DNA from: an uncultured Bacillales bacterium
GTDB taxonomy: Bacteria; Bacillota_I; Bacilli_A; RF39; UBA660
Assembly (NCBI GenBank): GCA_946412015.1
Contig: CAMKGA010000002.1
Coordinates: forward strand, 6,930-70,929
Direction: 5' to 3'
Length of the DNA stretch: 64,000 nucleotides
Below, piece by piece: positions 28,402 through 38,022 of this stretch (positions are counted from its first letter, which is position 1; every line of letters begins with the position of its first letter). The position numbers and the translations under genes were made by a program. A model generated the notes under the pieces. That model was not told the DNA's origin. It made no database searches and saw only the letters and a program-made list of their open reading frames with translations.

Positions 28402-28660
28402 TCAATTTTTACCAATAGGAACGGTTGTTAAACTCATTAATGAAGGCAGTAAAATTGTCATAATTGGATATCTTATGAAAAATAAACAAGGATATACATA
28501 TGATTATTGTGGATGTAAATATCCAATGGGTGTTATAGATAACTATTATAATTATTATTTTAATAAATCTGATATAATAGAGATAATAAAATTAGGATTA
28601 GTAGATAAGGAAACTAATGATGTCTTAAATAAGATTAATATTGCTAAATTAGCTAGTTAA
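28394..28660 (+). CDS. DUF4176-like small protein
   Basis: FLPIGTVVKL..GSKIVIIGYL......YDYCGCKYPMGV......YFNKSDIIEIIKLGLVDKE matches the DUF4176 signature as I recall it (LPLGSVV.L, IIG, DY.g..YP.G, FN..dI). ATG 28394 follows GGGGA. Confidence 0.65.
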   Translation: MNNQFLPIGTVVKLINEGSKIVIIGYLMKNKQGYTYDYCGCKYPMGVIDNYYNYYFNKSDIIEIIKLGLVDKETNDVLNKINIAKLAS

Positions 28661-28745
28661 ATGATTCAAAAAAGTGATAAATACTTCTTTTAAGTATAAA
28701 TAATAAAATAATAATAATTTATTTAAAGAAATTGGAGAAAAATAT

Positions 28746-29699
28746 ATGATTATACAAATTTTATTATTGATTGTAGGTTTTATTGTTTTAATTAAAGGAG
28801 CTGATTTATTTGTTGATGCGGCATCAAGTTTAGCTTCTAATTTTAAAATTTCTAAAATGCTAATTGCACTTACAGTTGTTTCATTTGGAACAAGTGCTCC
28901 AGAACTTGCTGTATCTATAAAATCAATGTTATCTGGAAGCGGAGATATTGTCCTTGGAAATGTTATAGGAAGTAATATAGTTAATATATTATTAATATTA
29001 GGTGTTTCAGGATGTGTGCATTTTCTAAATGTTAAAAATGCAACTGTAAAAAAAGAGTTACCAATTACAATCTTACTTTCTACATTACTGTTTGTTTTGA
29101 TGAATGATAAATTATTATCGGGGACTAAAATAAACAATTTAACTAGATCTGATGGTATTACAATTATTTTATTTTTTTTAGTATTTATTTATTATTTAAT
29201 TTCAACTATGCGCAATAAAAAAGATGAAAATCAAGAAGAACCTAAATATGGAATTATAAAATCATTAATTTTTACTTTAATTGGAATAGTTTGTTTAGTT
29301 TTAGGAAGTAATGCAGTAGTTGATTCTGCATCACATATTGCATCAATGTTAGGTGTTAGTGAAAGAATGATATCACTTACAATTATTGCGCTTGGTACTA
29401 GTTTACCTGAACTTGTGACAAGCGTTGTTGCAACTAAAAAAGGTGAATATGATATTGCGATTGGTAATGTTGTAGGAAGTAATATATTTAATATAGGTAT
29501 TGTTCTTGGTATGCCTATTGCTGTTTTTGGAAGTATAAGTTCATTTAATATAAACATTATAGATATAACAATGATGCTACTATCTGCAGTTTTGTTATTC
29601 TTATTCTGTTTTAAAGATAGAAAAATATCTAAAATTGAAGGAATTATATTTATCCTTATATTTGTTATTTATTATTCATTTGTAATAATTACAAATTGA
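28746..29699 (+). CDS. CaCA-family sodium/calcium exchanger membrane protein (YrbG-like)
   Basis: Two alpha-repeats, GTSAPELAVSI and GTSLPELVTSV, each followed by GNV(I/V)GSNI(V/F)N. About 10 TM segments. Confidence 0.9.
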   Translation: MIIQILLLIVGFIVLIKGADLFVDAASSLASNFKISKMLIALTVVSFGTSAPELAVSIKSMLSGSGDIVLGNVIGSNIVNILLILGVSGCVHFLNVKNATVKKELPITILLSTLLFVLMNDKLLSGTKINNLTRSDGITIILFFLVFIYYLISTMRNKKDENQEEPKYGIIKSLIFTLIGIVCLVLGSNAVVDSASHIASMLGVSERMISLTIIALGTSLPELVTSVVATKKGEYDIAIGNVVGSNIFNIGIVLGMPIAVFGSISSFNINIIDITMMLLSAVLLFLFCFKDRKISKIEGIIFILIFVIYYSFVIITN

Positions 29700-29746
29700 C
29701 AATTATATATTGTAATGTTATTATAACTCCTAACAGGAGTTTTTTT

Positions 29747-30358
29747 ATGAATTTAGAAAAAAATAAAATTATAATTAATGAAGTACTAACAAAACTAGAA
29801 AAAGAAAAAGATTATTGTATGTCAGAAAAACCGTTATATAATATAGGTAGATTTGGTTTTTCTATAGTTACTTTACAATCTTGTTTTGGAACAATATATA
29901 TTTACAATTTAAGTAAAGTGTTATCATATAATCTTAATATAGCACCATTTTTAGGAATGTTTACAGTTTTATCAGGAATAGGGGTTACTTGTTTTGGCCT
30001 AAAGGTTCGAGATATCAATTATAAAATTAATTATTTAAATTATGAATTAGAAAAATATAATAATAAATTAAAATTATGTGATAGCAATTATTATTTGAAT
30101 GCTAAAAATAATACTAATATTGTATCTATAGACGAATTAAAAATAATATCAAGTAGAATTAATTTAATAGAGATGATATATAGCGATAAATATCGTTTTA
30201 AATATTATAGAAAGAATGGTAATTTAAATGATATTATTAGTAGTATATATGAATCTACTTATAAAGAAAAAATAAATAGTGATGAGTTAAATTATCAAAT
30301 TAATATTACTAATAATTATTTGGATGGAAAATATAGTAAGAAAAAGGTTAAAAAATAA
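29747..30358 (+). CDS. Hypothetical membrane protein (203 aa)
   Basis: ATG 29747 follows AGGAG. Two hydrophobic segments are followed by a coiled-coil-like tail. Confidence 0.55.
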   Translation: MNLEKNKIIINEVLTKLEKEKDYCMSEKPLYNIGRFGFSIVTLQSCFGTIYIYNLSKVLSYNLNIAPFLGMFTVLSGIGVTCFGLKVRDINYKINYLNYELEKYNNKLKLCDSNYYLNAKNNTNIVSIDELKIISSRINLIEMIYSDKYRFKYYRKNGNLNDIISSIYESTYKEKINSDELNYQINITNNYLDGKYSKKKVKK

Positions 30359-30424
30359 TCTTTTTTTTAGTTCAATTTTTATATAAAACATTGTATAATA
30401 TATTTAGATAGAAAGGACGATTTT

Positions 30425-33400
30425 ATGAAAATAGTTACAATGGATGGAAATGAGGCAGCAAGTTATACAGCTTATTTATTTACAGAAGTATCTGGAATTT
30501 ATCCAATAACACCATCAAGTCCTATGGCAGAAAATACAGAAAAAATGTCAAATAAGGGAGAGAAAAACATATTTAATGATACTGTTAAGTTAGTAGAAAT
30601 GCAATCAGAAGCAGGAGCAGCAGGATTTATTCATGGTGCACTTCAAAGTGGAGTTTTAGCAACCACTTATACAGCGTCACAAGGATTACTTTTAATGATA
30701 CCAAATATGTATAAGATAGCAGGTGAAATGCTTCCTGGAGTAATACATGTAGCAGCTCGTAGTTTATCAACACACGCATTAAGTATTTTTGGTGATCATC
30801 AGGATATATATGCAACAAGATCTACAGGATTTTGTCTTCTTGCATCATCATCTGTTCAAGATTGTGCAGTATTATCAGCAGTAGCTCATCTATCAAGTAT
30901 TAAAGCATCACTTCCTTTTTTGCACTTTTTTGACGGTTTTAGAACAAGTCATGAAATTAATAAAATAAAACTTTTAGAAAAAGAAGATTATAAAGATTTA
31001 ATTGATTATAAGTCTCTAGAAAAATTTAGACTAAGAGCACTTAATATTGATAATAAAAAAACAGTAGGAACTAATCAAAACGATGATATTTATTTTCAAA
31101 GTGTAGAAGCTAAAAATAAAGATTATTTATCTGTTTGTGATATTGTAGCTGAATATATGGAAGAAATAGGTAAAAAAGTAGGTATTAATTATAAACCTTT
31201 TAATTATTATGGAAACAAAGATGCTTCAAAAGTAATAGTTGCAATGGGGTCAGTTTGTGAAACTATAAAAGAGTATATAGATAAAATAGATAATACAGTT
31301 GGTCTTATTGAGGTACATTTATATCGTCCATTTAGTGTAGAATATCTTTTAAAAGTTTTACCTGATTCTGTAAAGAAAATAGCAGTAATAGATAGAACAA
31401 AAGAACACGGTAGTGTTGGAGAACCATTGTATTTAGATATAGTAACTGCGTTAAAGGATAAGAATATAGATATAACTGGTGGAAGATATGGTCTTTCTTC
31501 AAAAAATACAACTCCTGGAGATATTGCAGCAATTTATAAAATGCTTGATAATCCTATAAATAATTTTACTGTTGGAATAATTGATGATGTTACAAATTTA
31601 TCATTAGATAGATTAGATATTAGTATAAATGATACTACAGATATACTAATATACGGTTATGGTAGTGATGGAATGGTAAGTGCATCAAAATCATTAATAA
31701 AATTAATTGGTAATAATACAGATAAATTTGTTCAAGCATATTTTCAGTATGATTCAAAAAAATCAGGTGGAGTTACAACAAGTCACTTGCGTATTAGCGA
31801 TGATGTAATAAGAAAAACATATTATGTTGATAGCCCTAATATATTAGTAATTAGTAAAGATAATTATTTAAATGATTTTAATTTAGTAAAAGATATTAAA
31901 GATAATGGTATTTGTATTATTAATACTATAAAAGATAATGATGAGATTAATAGTTATATGTCTCCAAATATAAAAAAATTATTTGTAAAAAGAAACGTCA
32001 AAGTATATTCAATAAATGCATATAAAATTGCTTTCGAAGTTGGACTTAGAGATAAGATTAGTATGATTATGGAATCTGCTATTATTAGTTTAACCAATTT
32101 TGCAGATAAAGAAACTATGTTTAAATATTTAATTAGTGATATAAAAACTAAGTTTTCTAAAAAGGGCAAGGATGTAATAGATGCTAATATTAAAGCAATA
32201 TCTAAAGTATTTGATTATATAAATAGATTAACAATTGATAATACATATAAATCTGAAAAAAAAGATTATTCATTTTATGATTTAATTATGAAAAGAGAAG
32301 GAAATACAATACCCGTATCAGAGTTTTTACCTGTTAGAGATGGTTCTTTTAAAGACGGTATTAGTAATTCAAATAGTAATATAGAAATTACACCTTGTTG
32401 GATTAAAGAAAATTGTATAAATTGTAATCAGTGTTCTATTGTTTGTCCACATGGTGTAATTAGACCGTTTGTTTTAAGCGAAGAAGAATATAATAATTCA
32501 CCAGATTATATAAAAGAATATTGTATGAAATCTTTGGATAAAAAAGGATATTTTGCTCTTGGAATATCTATCAATAATTGTACAGGATGTATGAGATGTG
32601 TAAGTGCTTGTCCTGGTATGCGAAATATTAAAGCATTAATTTCAAAAAGTGATGATAAGAATAATTATCAAAAAATATTTGATTATTTAGAAAAAAATAT
32701 TACAGTAAAAGAGAATGATGAAAATACTATTAAAGGAACTCAATTTATAGAACCTAAATTTAAATATCCAGGTTCTTGTCAAGGTTGTGGAGAGACTGCA
32801 TATTTAAAATTGCTTACTCAAATGTTTGATAATTTAATAATTAGTAATGCAACAGGATGTTCAAGTATTTATGGTGGTATAGTTCCAAGTATGCCATATA
32901 AAATGCCATGGGCAAGTAGTTTATTTGAAGATAATGCTGAATATGGATATGGTATGAGAGTAGCTATAAATAAAATTAGAAATAGAATAAAAACAATAAT
33001 GGAAGAAAATCAAGATAATGAAAATAAAGAGTTATTTAATATTTGGCTTAATAATTATGACGATTATGAAAAAACAAAATATGTTTACGATAATTTAACT
33101 GATAATATTCCAAAGGAATTAAATGATATAAAAAGTTTCATAAAGAAACCATCTGTTTGGTGTATTGGAGGAGATGGATGGGCATATGACATTGGCTATG
33201 GTGGAATTGATCACGTTCTATCTTGTGGTGATGATATAAATATATTAGTTTTAGATACTGAGGTATACTCAAATACTGGTGGTCAAGCAAGTAAAGCAAC
33301 TACTAGAGGAACACTTGCAGAATTTGCTGATACAGGTAAAAAGACAAATAAGAAAGATTTGGCACGTATGTGTATGAGTATTCCAAATTGCTATGTAGCT

Positions 33401-33760
33401 TGTGTTTCAATGGCAAATCCAAGCCAAGTAATTAGAGCATTAAAAGAAGCATATGAATATTCTGGACCAAGTATAGTTATTGCATATTCTGTATGTATTT
33501 CACACGGTATAAAGGGTGGAATGACAAATAGTTTTGAATTAGAGCAATTAGCATACCAGTCAGGGTACTTTCCAACATTTAGATATCATCCAATAAATGG
33601 TTATAAATTTGATAGTAAGAATGTTGACTTTGATAAATATAGAAGCTTTGTTGATAAACAAACAAGATTCAATTTAATTAGCCACGATAAATCATTATAT
33701 GATAGTTGTTTAGACGAACTAAAAAGAAGGTTTGAATATTATAAAAACTTAAATTGCTAA
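30425..33760 (+). CDS. nifJ: Pyruvate:ferredoxin (flavodoxin) oxidoreductase
   Basis: N-terminal MDGNEAASYTAY..YPITPSS, two ferredoxin-type 4Fe-4S motifs (CINCNQCSIVCP and CTGCMRCVSACP), and the TPP domain GGDGWAYDIGYGG and NTGGQASKAT. Confidence 0.95.
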   Translation: MKIVTMDGNEAASYTAYLFTEVSGIYPITPSSPMAENTEKMSNKGEKNIFNDTVKLVEMQSEAGAAGFIHGALQSGVLATTYTASQGLLLMIPNMYKIAGEMLPGVIHVAARSLSTHALSIFGDHQDIYATRSTGFCLLASSSVQDCAVLSAVAHLSSIKASLPFLHFFDGFRTSHEINKIKLLEKEDYKDLIDYKSLEKFRLRALNIDNKKTVGTNQNDDIYFQSVEAKNKDYLSVCDIVAEYMEEIGKKVGINYKPFNYYGNKDASKVIVAMGSVCETIKEYIDKIDNTVGLIEVHLYRPFSVEYLLKVLPDSVKKIAVIDRTKEHGSVGEPLYLDIVTALKDKNIDITGGRYGLSSKNTTPGDIAAIYKMLDNPINNFTVGIIDDVTNLSLDRLDISINDTTDILIYGYGSDGMVSASKSLIKLIGNNTDKFVQAYFQYDSKKSGGVTTSHLRISDDVIRKTYYVDSPNILVISKDNYLNDFNLVKDIKDNGICIINTIKDNDEINSYMSPNIKKLFVKRNVKVYSINAYKIAFEVGLRDKISMIMESAIISLTNFADKETMFKYLISDIKTKFSKKGKDVIDANIKAISKVFDYINRLTIDNTYKSEKKDYSFYDLIMKREGNTIPVSEFLPVRDGSFKDGISNSNSNIEITPCWIKENCINCNQCSIVCPHGVIRPFVLSEEEYNNSPDYIKEYCMKSLDKKGYFALGISINNCTGCMRCVSACPGMRNIKALISKSDDKNNYQKIFDYLEKNITVKENDENTIKGTQFIEPKFKYPGSCQGCGETAYLKLLTQMFDNLIISNATGCSSIYGGIVPSMPYKMPWASSLFEDNAEYGYGMRVAINKIRNRIKTIMEENQDNENKELFNIWLNNYDDYEKTKYVYDNLTDNIPKELNDIKSFIKKPSVWCIGGDGWAYDIGYGGIDHVLSCGDDINILVLDTEVYSNTGGQASKATTRGTLAEFADTGKKTNKKDLARMCMSIPNCYVACVSMANPSQVIRALKEAYEYSGPSIVIAYSVCISHGIKGGMTNSFELEQLAYQSGYFPTFRYHPINGYKFDSKNVDFDKYRSFVDKQTRFNLISHDKSLYDSCLDELKRRFEYYKNLNC

Positions 33761-33761
33761 T

Positions 33762-33790
33762 TTGCAATTGTCAAACTTATCTGATATAAT
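33762..33790 (+). promoter_or_regulatory. Promoter of the 581-aa repeat protein gene
   Basis: TTGCAA (33762-33767), 17-nt spacer, TATAAT (33785-33790). Confidence 0.7.
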
Positions 33791-33814
33791 TTAGATTGAA
33801 ATTGAGGTGTTTTT

Positions 33815-35560
33815 ATGACTCAGGAAGAGTTAATTAGAAGGATTAGAGAGCTAGAACAAGAAAATGGTCTTTTAAGAAGTCGATTAAGAGAAATTGAGAC
33901 TAATAGAACAGTTAGTTATGATGATTTAAAAAATGAATATGATGGTGAATTAGAAAAAAATGAAAATATAAATGATGTATCATACACCACACCACCAGTT
34001 ATAATAGATACATCAAAAAGTGCAAATAGTTCGGTTAGTGAGACTAAAGATAATAAGAAAGAAAATAGAAGTGAACTAAGAAGACGACTATTTCCATGGC
34101 TTAATAAAAAAAGTATTTCCAAAATTAGTGATGAACAAGAAGAATTTGTTGATATAAACCAATTTGCAACAACTGACAAAAAAGGTAGCAATAATCAAAG
34201 TGATGATACTGTAACCGAAGATAAGTCACTTGATCTATCAGATTTTTCATTTGTCGATATTAATGAAGAAGAGAACAAAAATCAAGAAGAAAATGAAAGC
34301 AAGCCTGAAGATGAGAATGTTAATGATGAAGCTGTAACTGAAAATCAGCCACTTGATTTATCAGGATTTTCATTTGTTGATATTAATGAAGAAGAAAACA
34401 AAAATCAAGAAGAGAATCAACAAGAAAATGAAAATGGTGATGATTTTTCTGGTTATTACTTTGATGATGATGAAGTTGTAGAAAATGAAGATAATAATAA
34501 AAAAAGAAGATTTCCATTTTTTGGAAAAAAGAAAGAAAAAATTGATTATCAACCGAAACATATGAGAAAAACTAAAAAATTAGAAAGAATTCGTGAATCT
34601 AAATTTTTTAAGAAAATTAAATCAGCGCTTAACAATAAAGCAGTAAAAGTTATTGCAGCAGTTTTAATAGCTCCTGTTGCAATTGGTGGAATTATACTTG
34701 CAGCAAAATTATCAAATGATGAGAAAAATAATGATCATGATAATACATCTAATGTTTTATATGATAATTCAGAGGTTCCATCAACTACAGCTGCTAACGA
34801 GATTAGCCTAAGCGCAAAAGATGTCGCATCTTCTGTTGATAAAAAAGATGATAATAGTGATAAAAAAGAAACATCAACTAGTGATGAAGTAGTAGGTAGT
34901 TATGAATATGCAAGCAATGAAGAGGATATTAAAGAAAATGATATACCAGAATCATCTAGTGATGAAGTAGTAGATAGTTATGAATATGAAAGTAATGAAG
35001 AAGATATTAAAGAAAATTCTAGACTAGAATCGACTAGTGATGAAGTAGCAGATAGTTATGAATATGAAAATAGTCAGGAAGATATTCAAGAGCATGAATC
35101 TTTAAAATCGATTGATGATGAAGCAGTTATTAGCGGTGAATACGAAAATAATCAAGAATACATTCAAGAAAATAATAGATCAGAATCAACTAGTGATGAA
35201 GCAGTTGAAAGTGACTTAACAGATTATACAATAGTAGATGATGGTTATAGTGTTGAATTTGGTTATGACATAGGGGATTCAGTTCATTTTGATGGGCCAT
35301 ATATTTATAGAACAAGTATTGATGCAAAAAATGATACTAATAGATATAATCCATTATATCCTTCAACTGACGAGAGAGTAATCTCATTAATTAGGCTTGT
35401 TTCTCCAGATGGAAGTGAAAAAATAACTATAAATGCTAACAATAAAGATAAAAAGGATCAATTAGAAGCTCAAGGTTGGACAATTGAATCTTACAATATT
35501 GATGATTTAACAAATGGTGTTACTAATGAAGGATGGGCACCTGGAAAAAGTTTAAAATAG
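33815..35560 (+). CDS. Single-pass membrane protein with a coiled-coil N-terminus, two families of acidic tandem repeats and a C-terminal globular domain
   Basis: EELIRRIRELEQENGLLRSRLREIE is followed by a duplicated LDLS(D/G)FSFVDINEEENKNQEEN unit. A basic stretch and the TM segment AVKVIAAVLIAPVAIGGIILAA come next. These are followed by 4.3 copies of a 26-aa repeat and about 110 non-repetitive residues. Confidence 0.8.
   Translation: MTQEELIRRIRELEQENGLLRSRLREIETNRTVSYDDLKNEYDGELEKNENINDVSYTTPPVIIDTSKSANSSVSETKDNKKENRSELRRRLFPWLNKKSISKISDEQEEFVDINQFATTDKKGSNNQSDDTVTEDKSLDLSDFSFVDINEEENKNQEENESKPEDENVNDEAVTENQPLDLSGFSFVDINEEENKNQEENQQENENGDDFSGYYFDDDEVVENEDNNKKRRFPFFGKKKEKIDYQPKHMRKTKKLERIRESKFFKKIKSALNNKAVKVIAAVLIAPVAIGGIILAAKLSNDEKNNDHDNTSNVLYDNSEVPSTTAANEISLSAKDVASSVDKKDDNSDKKETSTSDEVVGSYEYASNEEDIKENDIPESSSDEVVDSYEYESNEEDIKENSRLESTSDEVADSYEYENSQEDIQEHESLKSIDDEAVISGEYENNQEYIQENNRSESTSDEAVESDLTDYTIVDDGYSVEFGYDIGDSVHFDGPYIYRTSIDAKNDTNRYNPLYPSTDERVISLIRLVSPDGSEKITINANNKDKKDQLEAQGWTIESYNIDDLTNGVTNEGWAPGKSLK
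34877..35215 (+). repeat. In-frame 78-bp tandem repeat, about 4.3 copies (coding)
   Basis: Units start at 34877, 34955, 35033, 35111 and 35189, with consensus (T/S)SDE(V/A)V.SYEYE.N.EDI(K/Q)EN...ES. Confidence 0.9.
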
Positions 35561-35569
35561 GAGGGTCGA

Positions 35570-35830
35570 ATGGATAGTGTTGATGTAGGTAAAATAGTAA
35601 CAATAGAAAGTAATGATTTTGTAGTTTTAGATACTATTATAAAAGAAAATAAGAAATATGTGTTTTTAAAGGGTGTCGATGAAAATGAAGAATTACTTGA
35701 TTCTCAAATAATTGCAAGAGTTGTAATAGATGAGATGGGTGATTTTGCACTAGAAGATATCGATGATAGATTTTTATTAGAGGTACTTCGAAATGAATTT
35801 GCTAATAGACTTAGAGAGGAATATATGTAG
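35570..35830 (+). CDS. Small acidic protein (86 aa), DUF1292-like pattern
   Basis: RBS TAGGAGGGTCGA-ATG. IVTIESNDFVVLDTI..ENKKYVFL....IIARVVIDEMGDFALEDIDD. The family assignment is weak. Confidence 0.55.
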   Translation: MDSVDVGKIVTIESNDFVVLDTIIKENKKYVFLKGVDENEELLDSQIIARVVIDEMGDFALEDIDDRFLLEVLRNEFANRLREEYM

Positions 35831-35874
35831 AGATATTCCTTTTTTTGTGCTATAATTAATTAGGGTGGTAAGGT

Positions 35875-38022
35875 ATGAATAATACAATAATAAATGAATT
35901 AAGTGATAATTTAAAAATTAAAAATGAACAAATTATAAGTGTATTGGAATTGTTAAGCGAAGGTGCTACAATTCCTTTTATCGCACGTTACCGAAAAGAT
36001 AAAACAGGTGCATTAGATGAAGAGACAATAAGAATAATTGAAGAAAAATATCAATATCAAGTTAATTTATCAAAAAGAAAAGAAGATATTACACGTTTAA
36101 TAGATGAGAAAGGAATGCTTACTGATGAAATAAAAAAGGCTATTAGTTCTGCAACTAAACTGGTAGAATTAGAAGATATATATAGGCCTTTTAAAGAAAA
36201 GAAAAAAACAAAAGCAACAGAAGCTATTAAAAATGGTTTAGAACCATTAGCTAAGATAATTATGAAATTTCCAGTGGAAGGATCTATAGAAATAATTGCA
36301 AAATCATTTGTTAATGATAAAGTTTTAAATATAGATAAAGCAATTGAGGGTGCTAAATATATTATTGCAGAAAAAATATCTGATGATGCAAATGTTAGAA
36401 AGAAAATTAGAGATAATACATATAATTATGGAATTATAAAAAGTAAAATAAAAAAGGGTGCTAAAGACGATAATAAAATATATGATATGTATTATGAATA
36501 TGAAGAGAGAATTAAATATATAAAGCCTCATAGAATTCTTGCATTAAATAGAGGAGAAAAAGAAAAAATACTCAGTGTAAGTATTGATTATGATATTAAT
36601 CGAGTAATTAATTTTCTAAATAGAAAGTTTATAAAAAATGAAAAATCATTTGTAGTTGACACTGTAAAAGAAGCCATAATTGATTCTTATAAAAGATTAA
36701 TAGCTCCATCTATAGAAAGAGAAATTAGGAGTGAACTTACAGATATAGGAGAGAAGGCTGCAATTGATAATTTTGGGAAGAATTTAGAAGCATTACTTTT
36801 AACTCCTCCTATGAAAGAAGTTACTGTATTAGCATTCGATCCAGGATTTGTTAATGGATGTAAAATAGCTGTTATAGATAAAAATGGTAAGTATTTAGAC
36901 TCAACAGTTGTAAAACCATTTTTAAAAGGTAATAGCCAAAAATATATTGAAGATTCTGAAGTTATTGTTAAAAATTTAATAGAAAAATATAAAGTTGATA
37001 TTATTGCTATAGGAAATGGTACTGCATCAAGGGAAAGTGAAACTTTTATTGCAAACTTAATTAAAAAATATAATTTAAACTGTAAATATGCTATTGTATC
37101 AGAAGCTGGAGCATCAATTTATAGTGCATCTAAAGAAGCAATTTTAGAATTTCCAGATCTTGCAGTTGAAAAAAGAAGTGCTGTAAGTATAGGTAGAAGA
37201 TTACAAGATCCGCTTGCTGAACTTGTAAAGATTCCACCATCAGGAATAGGTGTTGGCTTATATCAACACGATGTATCAGAAAAAAAACTATCTGAAAATT
37301 TGGATTTTGTAGTTAGTAAAGTAGTAAATAATGTAGGTGTTAATGTTAATACTGCAAGTATTTCAATATTAAAATATATTTCAGGTTTAACCAAAAGAAC
37401 AATTGATAAGCTAATTAATTATCGAAATGAAAATGGTAATTTTAAATCACGTGATGAGATAAAAAAAATATTACCTGCAAAATCTTATGAACAGGCAATA
37501 GGCTTTCTAAGAATTGTTGATGGAACAAACATTTTAGATTCGACTTCAATACATCCTGAAAGTTATAATCAAACTATTAATTTAATTAACTATTTAAACT
37601 TAAAATTAAGTGATATAGGTTCAAATGTATTAGTTGATAAACTTAATTCTATTGATTTAGAAAGTAGTGAAAAAGAGCTTAATATTGAACATTATACATT
37701 AGAGGATATTATTAAATGTTTAAAAAATCCCAAAAGGGATCCAAGAGATGAAATGCCACAACCAATATTAAAGTCTGATATATTAACAATCGATGATCTT
37801 AGTATAGGTATGAAGTTACAAGGCACAGTTAGAAATGTAGTTGATTTTGGTGCTTTTGTTGATATAGGACTACATGAAGACGGACTTGTGCATATTTCAA
37901 AGATTACAGATAAATATATAAAACATCCTAACGAAGTATTAAGTGTTGGAGATATTATTGATTGCTATGTTATAGATATTAATAAAGAGAAGAATAAAGT
38001 TTCGTTATCATTATTAAAATAA
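35875..38022 (+). CDS. tex: Transcription accessory protein Tex (S1 RNA-binding domain protein)
   Basis: N-terminal TIPFIARYRKDKTG, a YqgF/RuvC-like core (VLAFDPGFVNGCKIAV, IAIGNGTASRE), an HhH region and the C-terminal S1 domain GTVRNVVDFGAFVDIG..DGLVHIS. Confidence 0.95.
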   Translation: MNNTIINELSDNLKIKNEQIISVLELLSEGATIPFIARYRKDKTGALDEETIRIIEEKYQYQVNLSKRKEDITRLIDEKGMLTDEIKKAISSATKLVELEDIYRPFKEKKKTKATEAIKNGLEPLAKIIMKFPVEGSIEIIAKSFVNDKVLNIDKAIEGAKYIIAEKISDDANVRKKIRDNTYNYGIIKSKIKKGAKDDNKIYDMYYEYEERIKYIKPHRILALNRGEKEKILSVSIDYDINRVINFLNRKFIKNEKSFVVDTVKEAIIDSYKRLIAPSIEREIRSELTDIGEKAAIDNFGKNLEALLLTPPMKEVTVLAFDPGFVNGCKIAVIDKNGKYLDSTVVKPFLKGNSQKYIEDSEVIVKNLIEKYKVDIIAIGNGTASRESETFIANLIKKYNLNCKYAIVSEAGASIYSASKEAILEFPDLAVEKRSAVSIGRRLQDPLAELVKIPPSGIGVGLYQHDVSEKKLSENLDFVVSKVVNNVGVNVNTASISILKYISGLTKRTIDKLINYRNENGNFKSRDEIKKILPAKSYEQAIGFLRIVDGTNILDSTSIHPESYNQTINLINYLNLKLSDIGSNVLVDKLNSIDLESSEKELNIEHYTLEDIIKCLKNPKRDPRDEMPQPILKSDILTIDDLSIGMKLQGTVRNVVDFGAFVDIGLHEDGLVHISKITDKYIKHPNEVLSVGDIIDCYVIDINKEKNKVSLSLLK

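Noticed and set aside
24298-28660. A prophage or integrative element carrying the lipase island.
   Set aside because: There is no integrase, recombinase, phage structural or conjugation gene. The only mobility trace is the decayed IS.
28649-29137. A 162-aa minus-strand ORF, together with many other 60-110-aa track ORFs. These are 4649-4837, 4874-5140, 5522-5713, 16672-16974, 18878-19144, 19491-19697, 20912-21124, 29231-29557, 30627-30818, 31332-31532, 31954-32169, 33916-34191, 34370-34561, 36325-36531, 38775-38984, 42425-42664, 47038-47220, 47818-48045, 61389-61604 and 61920-62132.
   Set aside because: All lie antisense to, or out of frame within, well-supported genes such as the CaCA exchanger, dpaB, lysS, PFOR and tex. 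They lack RBSs and have the Phe/Ile/Leu-rich composition expected from reading AT-rich coding DNA in the wrong frame.
34877-35215. Regularly spaced 78-bp repeats, which could superficially suggest a CRISPR-like array.
   Set aside because: The units are directly tandem with no spacers, sit in frame inside a long ORF, and encode a 26-aa acidic repeat. No cas genes are present.
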